Shown: piece after piece, positions 19,523 to 28,639 of the stretch
Layout: every line of letters starts with the position of its first letter
How positions within the stretch are numbered: the first letter of the stretch is position 1
Origin: Pseudoalteromonas tetraodonis
GTDB lineage: Bacteria > Pseudomonadota > Gammaproteobacteria > Enterobacterales > Alteromonadaceae
DNA: 32,000 nt
Direction of reading: 5' to 3'
Assembly (NCBI RefSeq): GCF_002310835.1
Contig: NZ_CP011042.1
Location: 390,001 to 422,000 of the forward strand
The notes under the pieces: generated by a model
The model's database searches: none
The model's input: the letters and a program-made list of their open reading frames with translations, nothing else
What the model was told of the DNA's origin: nothing
Made by a program: the position numbers and the translations under genes

Positions 19523-20621
19523 AGTTATCCAAAATTACAGCAATAATAAAAAAGTATAATATGGATAAAAAATTTTACTGAATTTTTATATGAAAATTAT
19601 TCAGGGTTTATATTTCTTGCGCTTTAAGTTAATAACTCAAGTCTCATTTCAAAAAGCTTTTACTCGCATAATCCAATCAATCTTTATTATTGTTACTGCA
19701 GATAGGGGGTAGGTAATCTTGTCATTGTTTGCAACACGCCAAGCAAATTATGTGTGATTGAACTGCGCTTAGAGCGAGAAACAGACGGTCAGGTAAACTC
19801 GTTTTTGGACAGAAACGTGTCAGGGACTTTTCTAAATTAGCAACGCACAGATAGCAATACGTACGGCTGTGTTTATCAGACCTGTTTATTCAATAACTTT
19901 ATCGAGTCCGTTCAAAAGTACCGTTCACATCACGCGTGTAACTTTCCCGTGTGCAATTCGTTATTAGCGCTTACATGGCAAGGCCTCTAGGTTAATACGA
20001 CAGTGTAACCTAGAGTGCCGCCGCACCTGTTTTTAATGTGAAATGGTAGATACACCGGCAATTATTTTAATAAATACTCACCTTTTGCTTATTCGTAAAA
20101 GTGCTATGCGTTAAATTATGATTAAGCGGAACTAAGGCGACAGGTTAATTTTTTCAGCGCCGCAGATAGTTAAAAAATTTTGTTAGTATCAAAGAAACAT
20201 AAAAAATGAAGGTAACCAGGCACGAGGCCTGGTTGAAAATCAACGATAGTAAAATGGCATGGATGCCACGTTCTAACCGCCAATCTTTTACGGCAATTTA
20301 AGATTACACTGCGGTTGGGGCACTATCAATATTAATGAGCACGCGAATGAAAATAGATATTCATTATAAAGTGAAAGTAGAAGGAAGGTTTTCTATTAAT
20401 TTAATTTCCCTAATTTCTGTAGCCCAATTGGTTATAAGTTTAATAGGTTAATTGTTAGGTAGGGGGTATTGCAGGTCAAAGTGTGATACCCCATTATTTT
20501 AGCCGCTAAAATTAAAGTTTCACCGGTGAAACTCAGTTGTTGGATGAAGGTCTTGTGTTTGATTTTCTGCTATCAGTTAACAAATATAAAAATTAATTAT
20601 TTATCATTATGTTTTCATTTT

Positions 20622-20650
20622 TTGACAATGCTAAAGGCGTGAACTATGAA
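20622..20650 (+). promoter_or_regulatory. Candidate sigma70 promoter of the secreted-protein gene
   Basis: Perfect -35 TTGACA (20622-20627), 17-nt spacer, -10 TATGAA (20645-20650), about 40 nt upstream of the ATG at 20689. Confidence 0.45.
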
Positions 20651-20688
20651 TACCTTTCAATTGATATTAAAAGGGAAATTCAAGGACT

Positions 20689-21261
20689 ATGAAAATAAAT
20701 TTAATTAATTGCCTGCTATCTGTAGTCATAGCAACTGGTGTAAGTAATATGAGTTATGCTGAGGAAGTTCCGCGCAGTCAACAAGTAATTACCTCCCTTC
20801 CTGTACTCACTAGTCAGAATGCTCCAGCTCCTGCCGAAATCAAAAACATCCGCATGGAGTCTGAATTAATGGCTCGAGCATCAGCTCCGCCGCTATCTTC
20901 AATGTGGGTATATGCTGTTGGTTCAACTGATTGTGGGTGGGAGTCCACTGTTGGTATGACAACAACTGCATGTGATCATGGGGGAGAGCAGCTGCGTACT
21001 GCTGTTTTAGAAATTGGTTATGGTTATAATCATATTGCTTGGATGAACGGTGGGTTACTTCCGAGTTCCACAATGTACTCAAGTACGCCTGTTTGTGTGA
21101 CTGGTAGTAATTACACATGGCCTTGTACCGCTGGGCAAACTGTCGTGGGTTTCCTCAATGAATACAATGTCGATGGTCATCAAAACGGATTATTCAAATA
21201 CCAAAATACTTCGACTAATTCGCCATGGAATACTATGTCAGTCCAGATCAGTATTCTTTGA
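20689..21261 (+). CDS. Secreted hypothetical protein with four Cys
   Basis: Sec-type signal peptide MKINLINCLLSVVIATGVSNMSYA|EE. The mature part has 4 Cys and is rich in G/T/S/N/Y/W, as beta-rich proteins are. I recognise no family with confidence. Confidence 0.6.
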   Translation: MKINLINCLLSVVIATGVSNMSYAEEVPRSQQVITSLPVLTSQNAPAPAEIKNIRMESELMARASAPPLSSMWVYAVGSTDCGWESTVGMTTTACDHGGEQLRTAVLEIGYGYNHIAWMNGGLLPSSTMYSSTPVCVTGSNYTWPCTAGQTVVGFLNEYNVDGHQNGLFKYQNTSTNSPWNTMSVQISIL

Positions 21262-21275
21262 TTTATTAATGATGT

Positions 21276-21298
21276 AGGCCAGACATTCTGGCCTTTTT
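21276..21298. terminator. Bidirectional intrinsic terminator between convergent orphan genes
   Basis: AGGCCAG-ACATT-CTGGCCT followed by TTTT. Confidence 0.7.
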
Positions 21299-21304
21299 AT
21301 ATTT

Positions 21305-21742
21305 CTAAATACGAATGTTAACACCAGTACTTTTGTCTTGCATGATAGACATAGCTGATTCTAACATCTTCAAAGTAGTCTCGTCATTGCGTGACAGTGC
21401 GCCTTGGATGCCATCACGCGTTTTTTGAATGAAGTTATATCGTGTTTCATCACTGTGTGCACCTGCCAGTTCGCCTCCATTTACGGGTATTTTCATAGTC
21501 ATAGCCATGAAAGGCCTGCCGTCATCGAGAGACATTTCTCCATTGCGGATTTGAGTGTTGGCCCAGTCCCGCATTTCTTGCCGGGTCATACTAGTGAAAT
21601 CCGCCTGTTTTGTGCTGCTGTCAGTCTTATCATTGTCTGTTTGTGCTGCTGTTAATGCAGCCGAAAATGACGTTGAGGCCTCTGTTGAAGGCTTGGTACG
21701 CTGGTTCCCATTAAAATAATGTACGTTTGCATCAACTCGCAT
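21305..21742 (-). CDS. Hypothetical protein (145 aa, no signal peptide)
   Basis: Single long ORF with a low-complexity S/T/A/D N-terminal third, then DFTSMTRQEMRDWANTQIRNGEMSLDDGRPFMAMTMK. No family recognised. Confidence 0.55.
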   Translation of the reverse strand: MRVDANVHYFNGNQRTKPSTEASTSFSAALTAAQTDNDKTDSSTKQADFTSMTRQEMRDWANTQIRNGEMSLDDGRPFMAMTMKIPVNGGELAGAHSDETRYNFIQKTRDGIQGALSRNDETTLKMLESAMSIMQDKSTGVNIRI

Positions 21743-21982
21743 AGGTTCTTTTCCTTAGTATGATCGTATGAGTGATATTAACTGCAAAACCTGCGCCATA
21801 ATTATACACTTATAGTCTTTTGAAAACGCCTTTAAAAAGTTTATTTAAATTAAGTTGTTGAAGGTAATTCATCGTAAAGTGAAAAGCTTAATACAGAGGT
21901 GTTGGACGGCAAAGGCTTTCCGGTAACTGGAATATTTACTAATAGGCTTGGCTCATAGGCCTTAAATTATTCAGGATAAAGC

Positions 21983-22363
21983 CTAATAAAAGAAGGTTTT
22001 GAAATAAGCAATATTAAAGTGAAATATTGGGATCGAGATTGATACAAAGATGAGGGATATAGAAATCAATATCCATTTCAATTTTTTGATTTCTTTTAAG
22101 TGATTTGCATTTTTAAGCGATTCATTTAGCCGCTGAATATTTAGTTCAACTTCGTGTACAGTCTCCTGAGAGACGAGCGCTAAATCTTTAATACTATCAA
22201 CAGAGCTTTTTAAGTTTTTCTCTGTTGCTAGTATATGAGTATCAACGCTCTTAATTTCCAGTGATTTCTTCACATATTCAGATAAAGAAATACCTTCCTT
22301 TTGCGCCTCACTACTTAAAGACTCTTTTAATTTATCGTCAATTCGGATGCTTAGAATAGCCAT
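21983..22363 (-). CDS. Ribbon-helix-helix (CopG/Arc-like) protein with coiled-coil linker and C-terminal TM anchor
   Basis: The tracked ORF (to 22495) has an implausible Cys/Phe/Arg-rich N-extension. The ATG at 22363 has GAGG about 11 nt upstream and starts a canonical RHH: MAILSIRIDDKLKESLSSEAQKEGISLSEYVKKSL. The C-terminus WILISISLIFVSISIPIFHF is a predicted TM helix. Confidence 0.6.
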   Translation of the reverse strand: MAILSIRIDDKLKESLSSEAQKEGISLSEYVKKSLEIKSVDTHILATEKNLKSSVDSIKDLALVSQETVHEVELNIQRLNESLKNANHLKEIKKLKWILISISLIFVSISIPIFHFNIAYFKTFFY

Positions 22364-22496
22364 TCTAAAATACCTCTGATGTATACGGGTGTAAACAAAG
22401 CGTATACGCCTATTTTTAAAGGCGCAACAGGTTATTTTAGATGAAAACTGTGTATGACAAAATGAGATAATAGGCACGCTGTCGAATGTATACAAA

Positions 22497-22508
22497 TGAA
22501 TCGCCCCG
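22497..22508. repeat. IS3-family terminal inverted repeat (orfB-proximal end)
   Basis: TGAATCGCCCCG is the exact reverse complement of 23794-23805. Confidence 0.85.
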
Positions 22509-22535
22509 AGTTCATCGGAGACCAGTTTGTTTAAG

Positions 22536-23755
<1,220 letters not shown>

Positions 23756-23793
23756 AGTTCCAGTTTCTCAAGTTATTGAGTCTCTGGCAAACA

Positions 23794-23805
23794 CGGGGCG
23801 ATTCA
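23794..23805. repeat. IS3-family terminal inverted repeat (orfA-proximal end)
   Basis: CGGGGCGATTCA is the exact reverse complement of 22497-22508. Confidence 0.85.
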
Positions 23806-23807
23806 GT

Positions 23808-24011
23808 TTTGCAATTTTAAGAAACTATGACGGACATGATTTCAAAGTGACTTTGGTTGATAGCAATGGAGATAGAGTTGCTGGCGGATATAGCGTAGCA
23901 GTTTCCACTTCTATCTTTAATGCAGGCACTTATTATTGGGAAGTTGAAAATAAAACAACAACTGGATCTACTTATGGTGGAATTACTTATGAAGTAAGAT
24001 CTGGTGGCTAG
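23808..24011 (+). pseudogene. 3' remnant of a gene encoding a PPC-like (pre-peptidase C-terminal type) domain, decapitated by the IS
   Basis: The frame opens exactly at the IS boundary: FAILRNYDGHDFKVTLVDSNGDRVAGGYSVAVSTSIFNAGTYYWEVENKTTTGSTYGGITYEVRSGG*. There is no start codon or RBS. The GTYY.EV......Y.(I/L) pattern resembles PPC domains. Confidence 0.5.
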
Positions 24012-24020
24012 TTAAACTTT

Positions 24021-24054
24021 CTATTAACGACTCAGCCCTATGAGTCGTTAATAG
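24021..24054. terminator. 14-bp perfect hairpin downstream of the gene remnant
   Basis: CTATTAACGACTCA - GCCCTA - TGAGTCGTTAATAG. There is no clear U-tract, so terminator function is tentative. Confidence 0.45.
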
Positions 24055-24131
24055 AAAACAATCTAAAATAAAAGCTTAAGTTTTATAAAATTATGTCGAT
24101 AAAAGAAAACGACATATGAAAAAGGATTTTT

Positions 24132-24806
24132 ATGAAAATCAGCACCAATCTACTACCTACTCTATTTGAAAGTAAAATATCTATTTTTACAAACAGTGAT
24201 GATGAAAAAATAAAAAGCTTTTCTACTAAAACAAGCGAAAGTGGCTTAAAAATTAATATAAACACAACTCACCTTGATCCTAAAGTTAAAGAAAAAAAAG
24301 ACAATAATGCTTTTGATTCATCATTAATTGAGGGAAGTGCATATGAAAAAGTATTTAAAAAAGAAGAGCTCAACTTTTCTAATATGAGTATAAAAGAACT
24401 TCATAGTATTGTTAAAAATGTGAATGAAATGGAACGAGAATACACACAAAAATACGATAGTGATGAACCAGTTAGATTAGGTAAGTCAGGAAACCCCATA
24501 ATATCCAAAAAAAGAGAAGATATGAATAGTTTAGAGTCTAAACTTAGGATCCTTTCTTATGGTGGAGGGGATGTAGATCCTGATAAAAAAATTAATGTTA
24601 TGGAGTATTTTTCTAATAGTTCAGAGAAATTAGATGGACTTGCTAAAGAATATCCTGAACGTCAGACTTATCAAGTAAGAGCCTCTTACATGAAAGAAAT
24701 AATTAATACGTTTGATAAATTTATATCAGACGATACTTTTGATTTATATCAAGAAAAGGCTGCTTTATTGTTAACCGACAAAAAGAAAGTCGATGTTTTT
24801 ATTTGA
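24132..24806 (+). CDS. Hypothetical protein (224 aa, Lys/Glu/Asn-rich, very AT-rich gene)
   Basis: AAAGGA Shine-Dalgarno 6 nt upstream of the ATG; single uninterrupted ORF; no signal peptide; no family recognised. Confidence 0.6.
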   Translation: MKISTNLLPTLFESKISIFTNSDDEKIKSFSTKTSESGLKININTTHLDPKVKEKKDNNAFDSSLIEGSAYEKVFKKEELNFSNMSIKELHSIVKNVNEMEREYTQKYDSDEPVRLGKSGNPIISKKREDMNSLESKLRILSYGGGDVDPDKKINVMEYFSNSSEKLDGLAKEYPERQTYQVRASYMKEIINTFDKFISDDTFDLYQEKAALLLTDKKKVDVFI

Positions 24807-25199
24807 AAAAAGCCTAGAACATAGCAAAACAGCTAACAGCTTATTGAACACCATTTTGGTGGTTTATAACACACCGAAACGGCGTATATTACATACCCTG
24901 ATAATTTCACCAATAATTACCTTTGTAAACAAGTAATTAAAACAGCTAGGAATTAAGCATGTTATTTTGCCCCAAAACGGCGTTTAATAATGTTATTGGA
25001 CAAAATTAGATTTCTACTTAAAACACAGGAATAAATTTAACTTTTTCAGTGTCCGGTTATCGCTCAAAAAAGCCCTTGAAAAGTTGCTCATTTAGCAATC
25101 TAGGTTAACACTATCAAGAAAACAGGTGTATATTTCCGAAAACGACCTTTGAAGCCATAGAAACGGAAGTTTGCTTTCGAAATATAGCAATACAGGCTT

Positions 25200-25225
25200 T
25201 AAAACCGGAAGTTTACTTCCGTTTT
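25200..25225. terminator. Bidirectional terminator hairpin between convergent orphan genes
   Basis: AAAAC-CGGAAG-TTTA-CTTCCG-TTTTG, with T-runs after the stem on both strands. Confidence 0.6.
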
Positions 25226-25388
25226 GTGCTTTAAGATTATAAGCTTGTATCTAGTAAAAGCTGAGAAGTCCAAACTCGTTTCTGCCCCAAAATGAGTTAA
25301 CGTAATAACTCTATAGGTCGACTTTGAGCGAAGCAGTCAATCAAAAGTTTTGATATCTGAAGTCAAGATTTGATCCTCGTCGGCTTTT

Positions 25389-25751
25389 TCAAAACGAATG
25401 GGCACGAGCTTTTGTAATAGTGGCAAAACAAGTAAAGGAAGGCTCAGAGCGATTAATAACACAAACAACGGCATTTGCACTACTCAGCGCTCTCACCAAT
25501 GCATCAACAGGGGTTATATCATCAACAGATTCAATAAAACAATTGTCTTTCTCAAACTCACTGATATCGTCGAAATATGCTTCAGGCGAAAACCAATATA
25601 ACTCAAGCGACTTAACTACCACGTTATTGTTGTTTGATAGTTTTTTCCCTAAAACGATGAGGGGTTCGGCTTTTTTACCTAAACGGAGCTTAAGCAAAAG
25701 CGTTTTTATCAAATCCATGTGCTTACTATATGCCCAATAAAATAGTGACAT
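25389..25751 (-). CDS. Hypothetical protein (120 aa)
   Basis: Its composition is more protein-like than that of the two overlapping plus-strand ORFs, which are Ser/Thr-rich. There is no convincing RBS. The internal start MDLIKTLLL (25718) is also possible. Confidence 0.45.
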   Translation of the reverse strand: MSLFYWAYSKHMDLIKTLLLKLRLGKKAEPLIVLGKKLSNNNNVVVKSLELYWFSPEAYFDDISEFEKDNCFIESVDDITPVDALVRALSSANAVVCVINRSEPSFTCFATITKARAHSF

Positions 25752-25823
25752 GTTTTATCGTGCATTATTAGGTACATTAAAACAATAGTTACTTTTATGG
25801 ACTACCAGCGTTTGTACTTTAAA

Positions 25824-26123
25824 CTATTGGTTAATTAATTTAATCCATTCAATTGGATTCGAGACAATGAATTGATATTTATTACCATCTTTTAATACGA
25901 TTTCAATTGCATCATGTGTATAAGGCAAAATACCCGCAACTTTACCAGAGCACTTACTCACTTTTACAATTTCACACCGTGCAAACATATAAGGCCCTAA
26001 CCCAAATTGTGCATTCAACGGCGCAAAATGAATATCGGTGTTGGTTAGCCAAAATTTGCCGTCGGCTTTGATTGCCCCTTGTTGAATCGTGGCGATGGTC
26101 GATTTGATTGTTATTGCATGCAT
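25824..26123 (-). CDS. Small PH/GRAM-like domain protein (copy 2)
   Basis: Co-linear with the 17490..17801 product (IATIQQGAIKADGKFWLTNTDIHFAP...YQFIVSNPIEWIKLINQ). Confidence 0.6.
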   Translation of the reverse strand: MHAITIKSTIATIQQGAIKADGKFWLTNTDIHFAPLNAQFGLGPYMFARCEIVKVSKCSGKVAGILPYTHDAIEIVLKDGNKYQFIVSNPIEWIKLINQ

Positions 26124-26173
26124 AATAGTATTCCTTTATGTGGTGCTTTTAAGTCATTACCAAGTGACGATAT

Positions 26174-27343
26174 TTAAGCTGACTGTATTACCTTTCTCTT
26201 GGTTTGCCTACCGTTAAGTAGTGCGCCCAACCACGTATTTTTAACTAATAATAAATAACTTATTTGACCTATAAGTAATGTAACAACCACGCTAACTATA
26301 AACTTTACTAAAACTGGCCAACTAGTATTAATTAATGGCATCTGAATATAAATCAGCACTGGCACATGTATTAAATAAATCCAATATGATGCATTTGAGA
26401 TGCTGCGACTGAGCTTACTTTGGTGATTTAAAAAACGATGCCCAAGTAAAAACGTTATGGCGGTTAACAAAATAACACTCAGTCCTTGTGATAAAACATG
26501 CAATACATGTAGCTCTCCCGCTGCGGCAAAATACCCAGTAGTTGCGGCGGCAATCACTTCATCTAAGCTTGGCGCGGCTGGTAATAAAGAAAAATAAGCA
26601 GTCAGTGATAGTGCAACACCCAAAATAAGAGGCCATAAGTACTTATTATATGACCAAATGAGTTGCTGTTTTTTATTAAGCCCCACTCCCAACCAATAAA
26701 AACTGCCGTAAAAACCATACGACCATAACTGTGGCGTGAGTTTATCAGGAGCAGGAAATGGAATAGATTGCCCCATTAAAGAAAACGTTAACACGATGGG
26801 AAGTACAACCCACATAAATAAAGGGTGAGCGCTAAGCGCATCGAATTTATTGCCTAATAAGTTAGTTGTTTTCAACAACCAGTGAATTAAGCAAAACTGG
26901 AATAAGTTCCACAAAAACCATAAGTGCATAGTGCTAACAACAGGCTCTTTAATAACTTTAAACACAGCAAAAATCGGCGGTATTGGATTAGCTATACCGG
27001 CTCCAAAACTCAAGGCATGGTAGTAAACGGCAAAGCTTAACGGTAAAAATACAATAAAAGGCAGTAGAATATGTTTACTGCGATGATGTAAAAAGCGCGC
27101 GTTGCTCGATTTATCTATTAAAAGTGCACTGCAAAACCCTGCAATAATAAAAAATAACGGCATACGAAATAAGTGCAGCGTATGCGTAATATAATCAAAT
27201 AGACCATGTGTGCTTGGGTCTGCCGTAAACCAAATATTGCTAAAGAACGGACTGTAGGCTAAAGCGGCATGAAATACGATGCCGAGCAATAGCGCGAGGC
27301 TGCGTAAATTATCAATGTAGTGTAATCGACTGTCTTTATTCAT
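26174..27343 (-). CDS. Membrane acyltransferase (acyltransferase_3 / OpgC-like family)
   Basis: N-terminus MNKDSRLHYIDNLRSLALLLGIVFHAAL followed by about 10 TM segments. The track starts at a GTG (27355); the ATG at 27343 is preferred. Confidence 0.85.
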   Translation of the reverse strand: MNKDSRLHYIDNLRSLALLLGIVFHAALAYSPFFSNIWFTADPSTHGLFDYITHTLHLFRMPLFFIIAGFCSALLIDKSSNARFLHHRSKHILLPFIVFLPLSFAVYYHALSFGAGIANPIPPIFAVFKVIKEPVVSTMHLWFLWNLFQFCLIHWLLKTTNLLGNKFDALSAHPLFMWVVLPIVLTFSLMGQSIPFPAPDKLTPQLWSYGFYGSFYWLGVGLNKKQQLIWSYNKYLWPLILGVALSLTAYFSLLPAAPSLDEVIAAATTGYFAAAGELHVLHVLSQGLSVILLTAITFLLGHRFLNHQSKLSRSISNASYWIYLIHVPVLIYIQMPLINTSWPVLVKFIVSVVVTLLIGQISYLLLVKNTWLGALLNGRQTKRKVIQSA

Positions 27344-27481
27344 TAATGTGCCCAACTAACTTTTATTAATCAAGCATAAATGAATGAGGTTTCATGGCAC
27401 TAGTCACAAAGCTCATAGCCCGAGCTATGACAGATGTCACTGTTTTTACAACGTGAGTTCTGCAATAATTGCTAAAAAAAT

Positions 27482-28639
27482 ATGGCCACAGTAATGGAAT
27501 CAACTATACGACATACAACCGATTGGCATTTTTCAACATTGGCATCGTGGCTTGGGGTGACATCGGCGTGTGCCTATTATGCCAACTCAGAATTAGCACT
27601 ATATTTGCAAATCATAGTAAGTGGTTCCATTTTAGCTATTTTGCTGTATGTGTTAAAACAACCCAACAAATTTGTTCACGGCGTAGCGCTTGGCTATTTC
27701 TTGCTTATTTTGGCAATGATACAACTGAGTTCAACATCCTTAGTTTTTATCCACCTAGTGATGTTTACCGCGGTTTTTAGTCCTCATTTTTCGCTTCCTA
27801 AGATACTGGCTTGTGTTGTGGCCGCCATGCTGGTGTATGGTTTAACGCATTATGCGCGCTGGGAAAATGGCATTCCTTGGATCACGTTTACAATTTGGTT
27901 TTTCTTTTGCTTGATGAATTGGTTTGTCAGTCGCCGGATTGTCGAAAGTTTAAATACACATTACCAATCCCGACAAAACTATAAAGAGTTAAAAGCCACC
28001 CAACACATGATGGGGGCGATGCATGCAGCGCAAGAGCGACAAAATATATCACGCGAGCTCCATGATTCACTCGGCCATAAGCTTACCGCGCTCAGCATTA
28101 ATTTAGATTTTGCTAAAAGAGCTGCAAATGAAGCCACCGTTGAAACCCTCTCTCTTTGCCACCAACTTAGCCAAGAAGTATTGGCAGAGGTGCGCGAAAT
28201 CGTTTCCACTCAGCGCAATGACAAAACGATACTTAAGCAAGCTCTTGAGGCCATTTGCGAACTAACACCTAATTTACACTGTGATCTCCAACTAAGTAAG
28301 GAGACAGAGCAGCTCCCGCAAGACTTTGCCCTGTGTGTATTGCGGTTTACCCAAGAGATGATCAGCAACACCCTTAAACATACCCAAGCAAACCATTTTA
28401 CTTTGCATGTAAATGTCTCCCACGTTGGCCAACAGCCGCTGTTAATTGCAAAAGCGTATCACAATCAACCAGAGACCCATTTACCAAAACAAGGGAACGG
28501 ATTAGCAGGATTAAATGAGCGAATGGCACAATTTGGTGGTGAATTTTCACAACACCTTGAGCAAGAAACACTGATCAATACCATGACCCTACCACTAAAT
28601 TTAGAAGAAAAAAGCCATGATAAAGTGCCTACTAGTTGA
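27482..28639 (+). CDS. Sensor histidine kinase, HisKA_3 (NarX/DesK/LiaS type) with polytopic membrane sensor
   Basis: H-box ISRELHDSLGHKLTAL, N-box EMISNTLKHT, G-box GNGLAGLNERM. About 5 N-terminal TM segments and no large periplasmic domain. Confidence 0.9.
   Translation: MATVMESTIRHTTDWHFSTLASWLGVTSACAYYANSELALYLQIIVSGSILAILLYVLKQPNKFVHGVALGYFLLILAMIQLSSTSLVFIHLVMFTAVFSPHFSLPKILACVVAAMLVYGLTHYARWENGIPWITFTIWFFFCLMNWFVSRRIVESLNTHYQSRQNYKELKATQHMMGAMHAAQERQNISRELHDSLGHKLTALSINLDFAKRAANEATVETLSLCHQLSQEVLAEVREIVSTQRNDKTILKQALEAICELTPNLHCDLQLSKETEQLPQDFALCVLRFTQEMISNTLKHTQANHFTLHVNVSHVGQQPLLIAKAYHNQPETHLPKQGNGLAGLNERMAQFGGEFSQHLEQETLINTMTLPLNLEEKSHDKVPTS

Noticed and set aside
19526-19568. Replication origin, suspected from two DnaA-box-like 9-mers (TTATCCAAA at 19526-19534 and, inverted, TATGGATAA at 19560-19568) beside an AT-rich stretch.
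   Set aside because: There are only two imperfect boxes, no GATC cluster, no 13-mer or iteron array and no adjacent replication genes. Chance in AT-rich promoter DNA of the MCP gene explains them better.
19838-19875. c-di-GMP (GEMM-I) riboswitch, suspected because of AACGCACAG and the many c-di-GMP enzymes in the window.
   Set aside because: The ACGCAAAGC box, the GNRA tetraloop/receptor pair and the two-hairpin layout are all missing. No gene lies downstream in the right orientation.
19703-20468. MITE or other non-autonomous transposon bounded by the TAGGGGGTA direct repeats.
   Set aside because: The sequences just inside the two repeats show no terminal inverted repeat. A 9-nt match could be chance. 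I keep it only as a detail of the spacer finding.
21983-22495. Full 170-aa version of the RHH ORF as given in the track.
   Set aside because: The 44-aa N-terminal extension (MYTFDSVPIISFCHTQFSSKITCCAFKNRRIRF...) is not protein-like and runs right up to the IS end. The internal ATG at 22363 has a Shine-Dalgarno and starts exactly at the RHH beta-strand.
24807-25388. Integron cassette array or attC sites (CALIN) as the explanation for the repeat-rich spacer and small orphan genes.
   Set aside because: The GTTAAC-containing sites do not fit the GTTRRRY / RYYYAAC core pair. There is no imperfect 60-140-bp attC palindrome, the orphan genes are not co-oriented, and there is no intI.
25398-25740. 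Two plus-strand ORFs (25398..25601 and 25420..25740) overlapping the 120-aa minus-strand ORF.
   Set aside because: Their composition is Ser/Thr/Leu-rich and antisense-like. The minus-strand product looks more like a folded protein. All three remain uncertain.
27469-27780. 103-aa plus-strand ORF overlapping the 5' end of the histidine-kinase gene in another frame.
   Set aside because: The kinase frame gives coherent TM helices continuous with the HisKA_3 core. The alternative frame is Cys/Phe-rich and ends inside the gene.
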